From IMG/VR virus record IMGVR_UViG_3300048854_000081, positions 96,001 to 160,000 of that record: a stretch of 64,000 bases of DNA, one strand, 5' to 3'. This stretch comes from a virus (taxonomy: Duplodnaviria > Caudoviricetes). A program made the position numbers and the translations under genes. The notes under the pieces were generated by a model. The model saw only the letters and a program-made list of their open reading frames with translations, was not told the origin of the DNA and did no database searches. Below, one piece after another: positions 10,550 through 20,217 of this stretch (positions within the stretch are counted from its first letter, which is position 1; the number at the start of each line of letters is the position of its first letter).

Positions 10550-10571
10550 GGTTAGACTATTTTGGATTAGC

Positions 10572-13500
10572 ATGAAGATTAATTTTAGACAAGGAATCAT
10601 TGGGTGTCAAAGACTCCCAAAATTCATCAAGGTAACTTCACCAACGACTGCATCTTTTGATGCTTCGGTATTACCTACTGTTCTAAATTTTGCTGATGGT
10701 GCATCCAATTACCTTTATTATCTAAAAACCTCGATTGAACCTGCATGGATTTTTCCTGCGGGAGTAGAGTGCTGGTTATATTGGGATATTAGTACCGAAG
10801 ATAGCTCGTTTTCTTTTGGATACACTCCATTCAATCCATTCGCGACGACCGCACCAACCAACCCCCAAATTAATCAGATGTACTTTGATCTTACCGATTT
10901 CAAGTACAAGGCTTGGACAGGTCAATATTGGAGAAACGTTATCCGTGTCATCGCGGGTTCTGTGGATGCACAAGGAAAGGCTGTTCTTCAATCCACCGGC
11001 AGTCAGATCAATTGGCAGATATCTTGTATTACAAATGAAATTGTACTGGATGAAACTGCACGTCCTATTAAGAAATACAATGATGCTGGCTTTGAATTTT
11101 ATAACAAAGATACCATCAAGACTTTCAAGAAAGAATCGAATGATACTTTTACTTATTCCCGTTTAGTAAATGCTCATGGTGAGGCTGAAACGCCTATTTT
11201 GAAGCACTATTGTGTTACTTGGAAGAATTTTAACACATTAGAACCTGCTGATCCACAAATGTTAACACAACCCGCTTTCGCTCTTGCTGAGCGTGAAGTT
11301 GGTACAGGTGAGCTTACAAGCTTGTATTTCGATGGTTTTGTCACCAATAGAACCGATTGGAATTGGACTTATACAGAACATACACCATTGTATGTTGGTA
11401 GTCATGGTCAACTAACAGTAGATTTTGATCCAGTTTTCTCTTTCCAAACAGTTGGTTACATTGTTTCACAGAACACCATTTATGTGAATTTTTCTGAACA
11501 ATATGTCAGTCAAAATCACCCAACACTAACACCATCACCAACCACGTCTCCTACACCAACTGTTACACCTTCAGTTACGGTTTCCATGAGTGTGTCTCCG
11601 GAAGCTACCGCAACCCCTACACCAACAGTTACATCCAGTGCTACACCAAGTGTAACGGTTACTCCAACATTAACGGCTACGCCTTCTCATACATTAACAC
11701 CATCGGTTACTGTAACGAGAAGTTTGACCTTAACTCCAACACCTACCAATACTCAGACTGGTTCACCGTTTGTTACACATACTGCGACGCCTTCTGTATC
11801 GCAAACTGCGTCTCTAACTTCGACACCTACACCAACCGTCTCTCAGACCGCCTCTCCGTCCATTACACACTCTCCGACGCCAACTGTGTCCGAGACTGCA
11901 TCTTTGACCATGACGCCTTCTGTGACGCCTACAAGAAGTCTTACAGTAACCCCAAGTCATACGATATCGCCAAGCGTTTCGTTTACTCATACAGCAACGG
12001 CTACCCCAGCGGCGACACATACGGTAACTCCAACAGTCACACCTACTGTGACTCGCTCCATTTCCATCACACCATCGGTAACTCCAACACATTCGTTGAC
12101 ACCATCGGTCACGGGTACTCCGGGTGCTACCTTGACTCCATCGGTTACTATTTCGATATCCGTGTCGCAAACGTTGTCACCAACAGTCACACCAACCTTG
12201 ACAGCTACCCCTTCGATAACAGCTTCACCATCGGAGACTCCACAAGCTACCTTAACAAATACACCGACTGCAACTGTCACTCAGACAGTTACACCAACCT
12301 TGACACCTACCGTAACTCCAACCATTTCCATTACACCATCAGTAACAGCTAGCCAAAGCGTAAGTTTAACAGCTTCGTTGACTCCTACGGTAACATCTTC
12401 AGTTACACCAACGGTGACACCAACTATTTCACTAACAGGTGAAGTTACACCTACGCCTACGAGTTCAATCAGCCCAAGTCCAACCTTAACTCCAACAAAT
12501 ACCGCAACGGTCAGCGTTTCGTCGTCGCTAACTCCTACACCAACAGTAACGGCTTCACAAACCATTACAGTATCTACAAGTGCCACACCGGGTGCTACTG
12601 CTACGCCAACAGCTACGGTTACACCAACGATTTCTGTAACACCATCTGTTACGGGAAGTTTGACCTTGACCCCAACATCGACTGTTACGCCTTCAGTAAC
12701 CCAGTCAATATCTGTATCTCTAACACCATCCCCAACCGGAACTCCGGCTGTAACGGTATCTGTATCAGGAACACCGCCTGTTACACCAACCGCTACGGCT
12801 ACCATAACTCCAACGAATACAGTTACCCCTTCGGTGACAGGTTCGCTTACATTTACTCCAACTGCGACTGCATTACCAACAGTCACACCAACAATTTCTA
12901 CAACTCCATCCGTGACAGCGACCCCACCTGTAACTCAGTCGCTATCCGTGACACCAAATCCTACTGGAACTCCACCAGTAACTCCAACAAGCACACTTAC
13001 ATTAACTCCGACTCAGACTGCCTCGGTGACGTTAACGGCACAACCTACGGTCACACCTACACTTTCACTAACACCATCCCCATCGTTGACGGCATCGTTG
13101 ACCTTAACTCCTACACCAACATCGGAAGTAACTGTAACTCCAACTCTGACCGTAACTCCTTCCGTAACACAGTCAATTTCTGTGAGCTTGACTGCGACAA
13201 TTACTCCAACGATTTCTTCGACACCTCCGGTAACGCAGACAATTTCGACTACCCCATCACCTACCCCAACGATAACTGGTTCGATTACTCCATCGGTAAG
13301 CATTTCGCCATCTGGAACAATTACACCTACCCCAACACCATCGCAAACTCCAACAAACCAAGATTTGTTAGTAATGGCACATAACAATACTCCACGCGTT
13401 GCGGTGTATGGTCAAAATGGTTCCACATTCACCCCAATTACTCAAAGCTTAGGTATTACGACGGGTGATGGTCGTGCAATTGCAATGAGTCCTGATTCTG

Positions 13501-14342
13501 GTTATATGGCTTTTGGTAAAACAGACAGTAATGCTCCATTCCTATATGTGTTTGCTCGTAGTGGTAACTCATTCGTGAGCACTGGGGTAAGCATTTCTGC
13601 CCAGCCTGCTGGTGTGGTTCAGGGCTTGGATTTCAGTCCAGATGGAACACTACTGGCTGTTGCACATGGTGTTTCACCATTCGTAACGGTTTACACTAAA
13701 AGTGGTGGTACGTTTACAAAATTGACTGGTAACTTTGACGTTTTACCAACTAATACTGGTAACCGCGTTAAGTTCTCGCCTGACGGAAATTTCTTGCTTG
13801 TAAGTACCAACGTCACTGGTGTGTTGTTATACCAGAGAAGCGGTAATAACTTTACCAAGGTTACTGCTGCGGCATTACCTACGAATACAACATATAGTAT
13901 GACCTTCACTCCTGATAGTGCTTACTTGGCGATTGCCAGTGCCCAGTCTCCATTCTTGTTTGTGTACCAGTTTAATTCTGGTGCCCCAGTTAAGGTAGCT
14001 GATTCGGCCAATATCCCAACAGCAGCTTGCTATACCATTAACTTTAATCATACAGGAACGATGCTATCCGTAGGTACTCTATCGGCATCACCATTCCTAT
14101 ACACGTACTCATTCTCGGCTGGCGCATTAACTAAGCTACCTGATCCAGATGTATTGCCAGCAGGCAATGTCACAGGTATCACATACACTACAGCGAATGA
14201 TTATCTGTGTGTAGGTGCGGGCACGACACCGTTTATCTACATATATTCGATTAGTGGAACAACATTCACTAAGGTAGCTGATCCAACTACTCTACCGGGT
14301 GGACCAGCATTTGACATTTCCTCCGTAAGAATTCAAGGGTGA
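10572..14342 (+). CDS. Virion fibre/appendage protein: conserved N-terminal domain, about 600-aa mucin-like stalk, C-terminal beta-propeller
   Basis: Long T/S/P tract, then FSPDGxxLAV repeats; late promoter at 10544. Confidence 0.75.
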   Translation: MKINFRQGIIGCQRLPKFIKVTSPTTASFDASVLPTVLNFADGASNYLYYLKTSIEPAWIFPAGVECWLYWDISTEDSSFSFGYTPFNPFATTAPTNPQINQMYFDLTDFKYKAWTGQYWRNVIRVIAGSVDAQGKAVLQSTGSQINWQISCITNEIVLDETARPIKKYNDAGFEFYNKDTIKTFKKESNDTFTYSRLVNAHGEAETPILKHYCVTWKNFNTLEPADPQMLTQPAFALAEREVGTGELTSLYFDGFVTNRTDWNWTYTEHTPLYVGSHGQLTVDFDPVFSFQTVGYIVSQNTIYVNFSEQYVSQNHPTLTPSPTTSPTPTVTPSVTVSMSVSPEATATPTPTVTSSATPSVTVTPTLTATPSHTLTPSVTVTRSLTLTPTPTNTQTGSPFVTHTATPSVSQTASLTSTPTPTVSQTASPSITHSPTPTVSETASLTMTPSVTPTRSLTVTPSHTISPSVSFTHTATATPAATHTVTPTVTPTVTRSISITPSVTPTHSLTPSVTGTPGATLTPSVTISISVSQTLSPTVTPTLTATPSITASPSETPQATLTNTPTATVTQTVTPTLTPTVTPTISITPSVTASQSVSLTASLTPTVTSSVTPTVTPTISLTGEVTPTPTSSISPSPTLTPTNTATVSVSSSLTPTPTVTASQTITVSTSATPGATATPTATVTPTISVTPSVTGSLTLTPTSTVTPSVTQSISVSLTPSPTGTPAVTVSVSGTPPVTPTATATITPTNTVTPSVTGSLTFTPTATALPTVTPTISTTPSVTATPPVTQSLSVTPNPTGTPPVTPTSTLTLTPTQTASVTLTAQPTVTPTLSLTPSPSLTASLTLTPTPTSEVTVTPTLTVTPSVTQSISVSLTATITPTISSTPPVTQTISTTPSPTPTITGSITPSVSISPSGTITPTPTPSQTPTNQDLLVMAHNNTPRVAVYGQNGSTFTPITQSLGITTGDGRAIAMSPDSGYMAFGKTDSNAPFLYVFARSGNSFVSTGVSISAQPAGVVQGLDFSPDGTLLAVAHGVSPFVTVYTKSGGTFTKLTGNFDVLPTNTGNRVKFSPDGNFLLVSTNVTGVLLYQRSGNNFTKVTAAALPTNTTYSMTFTPDSAYLAIASAQSPFLFVYQFNSGAPVKVADSANIPTAACYTINFNHTGTMLSVGTLSASPFLYTYSFSAGALTKLPDPDVLPAGNVTGITYTTANDYLCVGAGTTPFIYIYSISGTTFTKVADPTTLPGGPAFDISSVRIQG
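11521..13357 (+). repeat. Mucin-like (T/S)-X coding repeat tract
   Basis: Degenerate ACN-CCN-TCN-GTN repeats encoding TPSVTPT...; boundaries approximate. Confidence 0.9.
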
Positions 14343-14378
14343 AATAAATAGTACAATGAATTCTAAGGTAAATTTTAC

Positions 14379-15167
14379 ATGAAGTATTATGGTGACATAG
14401 AACTGATGGGTAGTACCATCCTAAATGCCCTGATTGAAAATCTTGGCAGTGATCCCGTTTTTACCGTTGAAGAGTCCGGTCGTATTTACTTTAACACTAC
14501 GTCTGATACATTAAGATTGAATAATGGCACCACTTATGTGGATGCCTCGCTGCCAGCAACTTTTAGTAATCTTATCGATAGCTTGGGCGCAGTCTGGATC
14601 AATACTGATCTAACCTTCAATCCATCGGCTTTCAATCAGTTAATCAATGTTGGTAGCTTAACAGCTAACGATTCTCTATTCACCGTCTTACAGCAGCTAG
14701 ATAGTGCCATTAAAGATTCAAATATCGGTATTCTTGATTTAAGCGACGTTGCGGTTACAACAAACTTAGAACAAGGTGACATTCTTTTCTATAACGGAAC
14801 GAATTTTACCTTTGCGGATATCGACTCACTAGTCCAGAATTACGCGCACCTATCCTTGAGTAACTTAACTGACGTTACTCTAGGTGATGTGGGAAGTGGT
14901 GATTTCTTAGTATATGACAGCGTAACTTCAAAGTTTGTCGCTGCAAACCCTATTCAGCCGTACGAAGACTTGCAGGTATCGACGAATCATACCATCTTAC
15001 ATACGTTGGGTGTCAAATATTGTAATGTAACGGTTATCAACCGTTCGACTGATACAATTATCACTGACGCGATTGTATCATTCTTAGATATTAACCAGAT
15101 ACAAATCACACTGAACACACCAGCCCCAGTGCTTGTTATTGTAACCGGTTCACCTAATCTATCTTAA
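14379..15167 (+). CDS. Virion structural/tail-fibre-like protein
   Basis: GRIYFNTTSDTLRL motif and two LxDLxDV...GDxLxYxxxxxF repeats common in fibres; TAAATA at 14345. Confidence 0.65.
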   Translation: MKYYGDIELMGSTILNALIENLGSDPVFTVEESGRIYFNTTSDTLRLNNGTTYVDASLPATFSNLIDSLGAVWINTDLTFNPSAFNQLINVGSLTANDSLFTVLQQLDSAIKDSNIGILDLSDVAVTTNLEQGDILFYNGTNFTFADIDSLVQNYAHLSLSNLTDVTLGDVGSGDFLVYDSVTSKFVAANPIQPYEDLQVSTNHTILHTLGVKYCNVTVINRSTDTIITDAIVSFLDINQIQITLNTPAPVLVIVTGSPNLS

Positions 15168-15397
15168 TAAACTCTAAGTATAACTCCATTGTCACATTCA
15201 ATGGAGTAAATATTTCCAGTTACATTGACTTTGATTTGCTTCAGAGTACTGGCAGGAGCACAAAGCGGCTCATACTTTTTAATAGTCTCCATTTTAACTG
15301 GATACTTGATCGTAATACCCAACAGTATGCCGAGAAGAATCCCAACGAATAAGGCTACGGCTTTTTGTTCTAAATGGCTTGGCATGATAGTGGTCAA
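15164..15397 (-). CDS. Small membrane-anchored hypothetical protein
   Basis: N-terminal hydrophobic helix (AVALFVGILLGILLGITI); two Cys. Confidence 0.5.
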   Translation of the reverse strand: MTTIMPSHLEQKAVALFVGILLGILLGITIKYPVKMETIKKYEPLCAPASTLKQIKVNVTGNIYSIECDNGVILRVY

Positions 15398-15503
15398 TTA
15401 TTATACAATTATTTATCTTACATGTGGTCAGAACACCATTGTACCATAAATATTGTTTTATACCCAGCAGCAATAAATATTCGAAAAGAATGCGAACCCT
15501 GTA

Positions 15504-18500
15504 ATGATCTTTAATGAAGGCGATCTAATTTATTATTTGGACCCAGCCTCAGGCAAAGTTGCCTATGGTGTGTGTCAAGAAGTTATTCAAAATGGTAGTG
15601 ATACTACCTATGCCCTTCTACTTACCAATGGTTCTGTGTACTATCTTGATTCTGAGGATGCTTATCCCTCGGGTCTCATGTTGGCTACACCAACTCCAAC
15701 GGCTTCATTATCGCCAACTCCAACGTTAACGGGAACCCCACAGGCGACGTTAACACCGACAATGACGGTTTCGCCTTCAAATCCAGCTTATCCAAACATT
15801 TTTGATGAAGCTGATGCCGCAGCATGGACATCACCAGACGGTACCGTTACTACGGATGGGACAGGACTTATATTCCATAGTGAAAATACAGACCCGTTAC
15901 ATACTCTAACATTTACACGTTCATTCACAGTAGTTCCAAATAAGACTTTCAAATTCTCGTTCGATTACGAACAGGGAACTATTCGTTACGCAAAAATCAA
16001 GCTTCAGGCTAACGAAGGCATGATGTTCGCCATGGCGCGAGCAGAAATCAATAAAGGTAATGAATTAGTTTATGGTCTATTCGGAGACAGTGGTCGCTTT
16101 GAAGCTGACCTATTCGTTCCGACCGCAACTACCGTTACAATGACCATTTCGTTCTACGGTGACTCAAATTTTAACAATTCGCCTATCGAACGCTTCAATT
16201 ACAGATTAGAACGAACCATTTTCCAGCAGAAGTACCAGCCAATCTTGGTGACGCCTTCTGCTTCATTACAAGCGACATCAACTCCTACACCAACACCTTC
16301 GATCACTCCTACCAAAACGCCAGTGCATATTCCTCTTTCTGGTTATGCACGCATGGTTATTTCCGATAGTCCTCTAATTTATTACAAATTCGACGAACAA
16401 TCAGGCAACGCGGTAATAGATTACAGCGGCAATAACATTAACGGTACCTATCATAACGTAGTAACTGGTGAGCCGTCCATTGTGGATGGTCTTGGTTTCT
16501 CGGCTGGATTTGGTCAGAATGCACAGCCATCTTATGTGGTAGCCAACAATGACAACCGTTATAAGAATATCTTAACTGATTTCTCTATCGAATTGTCGAT
16601 AAACAGCCAGCCACAGCCTCACAATGGTACCTTGGTATTGTTACCAACTACCGGAACTGATTCTACATTTAAATTATCTGTAGAATCCAACAAATTGATA
16701 TTCCGTTTGACTACGTTGAATGGAACCTTCGTTCTTGATCCAAATCTTCTTGTTAATGATAACGTCAATCGTCTTATCACCATTACCCGTCAGGGCTCAG
16801 TCCTTCGCGTGTATGTTGCTGGCGTGCAGGTTGGAAGCATTGCTGTAACAGGCGATAACGTTTCTAGCCGTAACTTCTTGTATGTTGGCGGTCTGGTTAA
16901 TGATGCTACCTACAATTATACTGGCATTATTGACGATTTCAGCTTCTATCGCTATGCATTAACAGACTTCCAGATTCAGAACCATTATGTGGTGTGGGGC
17001 AATTCTGGTGGTTCAGCTTTAACGCCGACACCTACACCATCCACGACACCATCTACTGATGCTTACAAATCATTGATCATAAGCGGCTTACCAGTTGCTT
17101 ACTATCGTTTAGATGAGCCTACTGGTACCTACGTTTATGATGCCATCGGCAATAAACATGATGGTATAAGCAATGGACTTCTTGATCTTCAGCAGCCAAG
17201 TTTGATAAGAAATTATTCAGACAAGGCTACTGGTAACTTCCAAAGTGGTCTAGTATCGGTAAGTAAGAATTCTAATGATCTATCCTTTGCTGGTAGTGAC
17301 TTTACCTTTGAATTTTATCTAAATGTAAGCTCGACTCAGATTGATACCTCTCCTACTGTTTTCGGTAAGATTGTCGATGCCAATTCGCTTGCATATAACT
17401 ATTCGTTTAAGATTGATGCTTCTGGACACGGTGTGTTCAGTGTGTTCATGAATGGTCAGCCAACGTCTGTCACCACTCCTACTCCAATCAATGATGATAC
17501 AACACGTACCTTCCACATCATTAGAAGCGGAAGAACCTTAAGTCTATTGATTGATACTATAACAGAATCTACCGCTCAGTTGGGTGGTAATGGTATTCTG
17601 GACACAACTAGTAACGATATGGAAATGTTCTCATCGTCTTATGTGGATAATTGTCGCTTTATCGGTGTTCTTGATGAATTTGCTATCTATAATTATGCAT
17701 TGAGTCAGGCTGTAGTTAATCAGCATGCTAATACTGCTACGGTTGTCACCCCAACACCAACGCCAACACATTCGTTGACACCATCACGTACACCTACTGT
17801 AACCAGAACTCCGACGATTTCTGTTACACCAACGATTTCTGTAACGATCAGTATTACCCCAACACACTCGGTAACGCCATCTGTTACACCAACGATATCC
17901 ATTACACCATCTATTACACCAACAATATCGATCACACCATCGGTAACTCCAACACATTCGTTGACACCATCGATTACACCAACGATTACGCAGACCCGCA
18001 CAGTTACACCAACCGTAACGGCTTCGATTACCGTATCAAAATCGATACCTGCTACGCCAACTGTAACTCCAACACACTCGTTGACACCATCGATAACTGC
18101 AACCCCATCGATCACAGCATCGGTGTCACCAACTATTTCCATTACACCCTCGATTACAAAGAGTATTTCGATTACACCAACCATATCGATTACTCCATCA
18201 GTTACGATTACTTCGACTCATACCCCAACACCAACACGTACAATCACGCCTACTCATACAGCAACACCTACTGTAACCAAGACAGTAACGCCTACGCCTT
18301 CGATTACTCCAACGATTTCCGTGACGGTAACCCGCATCTACGATCCGAATGCACAGGCTATCTTGAATTCCATGCACAACTGGTGGGATTTCAATGAGTC
18401 CTCGGCTCAGAACAAGGTTGACTCTAAGGATGGCGTAATCCTAGTTCCATTCGATACCGGTACAAGTATTGGTATCGTGGGTAATGCCGTCTCATTCAAT

Positions 18501-20189
18501 CCAATAACGAATCCTTCAGCACGTTTAGAGAGCACCATTTCCGAAAACGTCTTGAACTATGGTAATTCCGACTTTACCGTTGGTGCGTTCATTAAGATCA
18601 ATTACGCACTTTCTGCTCAGTTGTCTTACGATAAGATGAGCATTATGTCTCGTTGGGGTGACAATACCCGTCAGTTCCAGCTAGGTTATGATCGTTCTGT
18701 GGACAAGGTGTTCCTCTCTATTTCTGATAACGGTGCTGATACATCCACGGTATATTCCACTAATACTGTAGGTGGTTCAACTGGTTGGCTATCTGTAGTC
18801 GGTTCCTATGATTCACAGGGTCACGTACTTCGTGTTGCCTTGAATGGTGTTGCTCCGAACAGCATTTCCTATCCGTTGGATTACTATGGTGTAACTCAGT
18901 CGTACATGATCGGTAACGATGCAAACTTCTCTAGCGGATTTGCTGGTTCAATTGACTCAGCCTTCGTTTGCGCCAGCGTACTAAGTACGGCACAGATAGC
19001 TTGGTACTACAACAATGGTGCTGGTACAGACTATAACCGCGTTCTAGCTAATGCTTACCTTGTAGATAAGGGTGAAATTGCCCAGTATTATGATGGTAGC
19101 TCTCTAGCAGCCTTCACCAATAATGGTGGTATTGTAGATAATACTCTAGGTAATCCACAGCCAGCCTTCACGTTTGGTAGCTCGGATTATGCATTCAATA
19201 GCATCCCATTGAGCAAGTTCTTCCAGAGAATTACATTTGATTTCTATCTAAATGCTAATTCTTCGTTTGATATGTTCTTTGCAACCGATGCTACTGGCTC
19301 CGGTAGCTATTTGAAGTTGACTTCGGCAACTGGCGACAATTCGGGTATTTCTTCAGGTCTTGGTTGGACAGATTACAACGATCCTTCAGCTACTTCAAGC
19401 TTTGAGGCTCTAACTACCAATGTTTGGCATAACGCCGAAGTTCGCTTCGATTATCTTGATAATGACACTTACGTTAGCATCTATGTGGATGGTAATTGTA
19501 AGGTTTATTACTACTTGATTCCGGATTCGAACAAGTTCTTTGGTATGAACGGTGACCTATCGGCTTCTACGGTAACAGTGGACAATCTAAAAATTTACAC
19601 GGAAGTAACTGCACCGGCCATTACACCTACACCAACACCATCGGCTACGGTCACTCCTACGGTAACGTTGACTCCATCGGTTACGAAGACAATTACTGTC
19701 ACTCCATCGATCACTCCAACATTCACACCGACCATTACACCAACATTGACGGCAACCGTATCCGGTACTCCGGCAGCATCCGTAACTCCAACGGCTTCGG
19801 TAACTGCATCGATTACACCTACACCATCTGTAACCAAGTCTCCACTTCCATCACCTACACCATCCGTAACCGCATCTATCACTCCTACGCCAACAGTGAC
19901 AGCGACAGTATCAACTAGCTTGACTCCATCTGTAACTGCCTCGATATCGGTAAGCTTGACACCATCGGTGACCAGAACACCTCCGGTTACACCAACAATG
20001 ACTTCAACTGTCACACCTACACCAACCCTAACACCAACGCCTACACCAACAATTTCTATCACACCATCTTCAACACCGGGTAGCGTCCCATTACAAATTG
20101 AATCATTGAATAAGATGGTTATTATACAGAATCAAATCCCAGCACAGATTGATTCTCTACAGAAATTGATTTTGATTAAGAAACCTTAA
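15504..20189 (+). CDS. Multi-LamG (concanavalin A-like) virion protein with mucin-like linkers
   Basis: Repeated YYKFDE/YYRLDE/WWDFNE ... GxIDDF/GVLDEF/GSIDS LamG modules separated by T/P tracts. Confidence 0.8.
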   Translation: MIFNEGDLIYYLDPASGKVAYGVCQEVIQNGSDTTYALLLTNGSVYYLDSEDAYPSGLMLATPTPTASLSPTPTLTGTPQATLTPTMTVSPSNPAYPNIFDEADAAAWTSPDGTVTTDGTGLIFHSENTDPLHTLTFTRSFTVVPNKTFKFSFDYEQGTIRYAKIKLQANEGMMFAMARAEINKGNELVYGLFGDSGRFEADLFVPTATTVTMTISFYGDSNFNNSPIERFNYRLERTIFQQKYQPILVTPSASLQATSTPTPTPSITPTKTPVHIPLSGYARMVISDSPLIYYKFDEQSGNAVIDYSGNNINGTYHNVVTGEPSIVDGLGFSAGFGQNAQPSYVVANNDNRYKNILTDFSIELSINSQPQPHNGTLVLLPTTGTDSTFKLSVESNKLIFRLTTLNGTFVLDPNLLVNDNVNRLITITRQGSVLRVYVAGVQVGSIAVTGDNVSSRNFLYVGGLVNDATYNYTGIIDDFSFYRYALTDFQIQNHYVVWGNSGGSALTPTPTPSTTPSTDAYKSLIISGLPVAYYRLDEPTGTYVYDAIGNKHDGISNGLLDLQQPSLIRNYSDKATGNFQSGLVSVSKNSNDLSFAGSDFTFEFYLNVSSTQIDTSPTVFGKIVDANSLAYNYSFKIDASGHGVFSVFMNGQPTSVTTPTPINDDTTRTFHIIRSGRTLSLLIDTITESTAQLGGNGILDTTSNDMEMFSSSYVDNCRFIGVLDEFAIYNYALSQAVVNQHANTATVVTPTPTPTHSLTPSRTPTVTRTPTISVTPTISVTISITPTHSVTPSVTPTISITPSITPTISITPSVTPTHSLTPSITPTITQTRTVTPTVTASITVSKSIPATPTVTPTHSLTPSITATPSITASVSPTISITPSITKSISITPTISITPSVTITSTHTPTPTRTITPTHTATPTVTKTVTPTPSITPTISVTVTRIYDPNAQAILNSMHNWWDFNESSAQNKVDSKDGVILVPFDTGTSIGIVGNAVSFNPITNPSARLESTISENVLNYGNSDFTVGAFIKINYALSAQLSYDKMSIMSRWGDNTRQFQLGYDRSVDKVFLSISDNGADTSTVYSTNTVGGSTGWLSVVGSYDSQGHVLRVALNGVAPNSISYPLDYYGVTQSYMIGNDANFSSGFAGSIDSAFVCASVLSTAQIAWYYNNGAGTDYNRVLANAYLVDKGEIAQYYDGSSLAAFTNNGGIVDNTLGNPQPAFTFGSSDYAFNSIPLSKFFQRITFDFYLNANSSFDMFFATDATGSGSYLKLTSATGDNSGISSGLGWTDYNDPSATSSFEALTTNVWHNAEVRFDYLDNDTYVSIYVDGNCKVYYYLIPDSNKFFGMNGDLSASTVTVDNLKIYTEVTAPAITPTPTPSATVTPTVTLTPSVTKTITVTPSITPTFTPTITPTLTATVSGTPAASVTPTASVTASITPTPSVTKSPLPSPTPSVTASITPTPTVTATVSTSLTPSVTASISVSLTPSVTRTPPVTPTMTSTVTPTPTLTPTPTPTISITPSSTPGSVPLQIESLNKMVIIQNQIPAQIDSLQKLILIKKP
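17744..18331 (+). repeat. Mucin-like (T/S)-X coding repeat tract
   Basis: [10 protein letters not shown]-type repeats; boundaries approximate. Confidence 0.9.
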
Positions 20190-20217
20190 TAGATAAATAG
20201 GACATACGGATTTAACA

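Noticed and set aside
11521-13357. Repetitive DNA considered as a CRISPR array or DGR template/variable repeat
   Set aside because: Repeats are degenerate, in-frame coding repeats with no constant repeat-spacer structure and no adenine-specific variation. No cas or reverse transcriptase gene is in the window.
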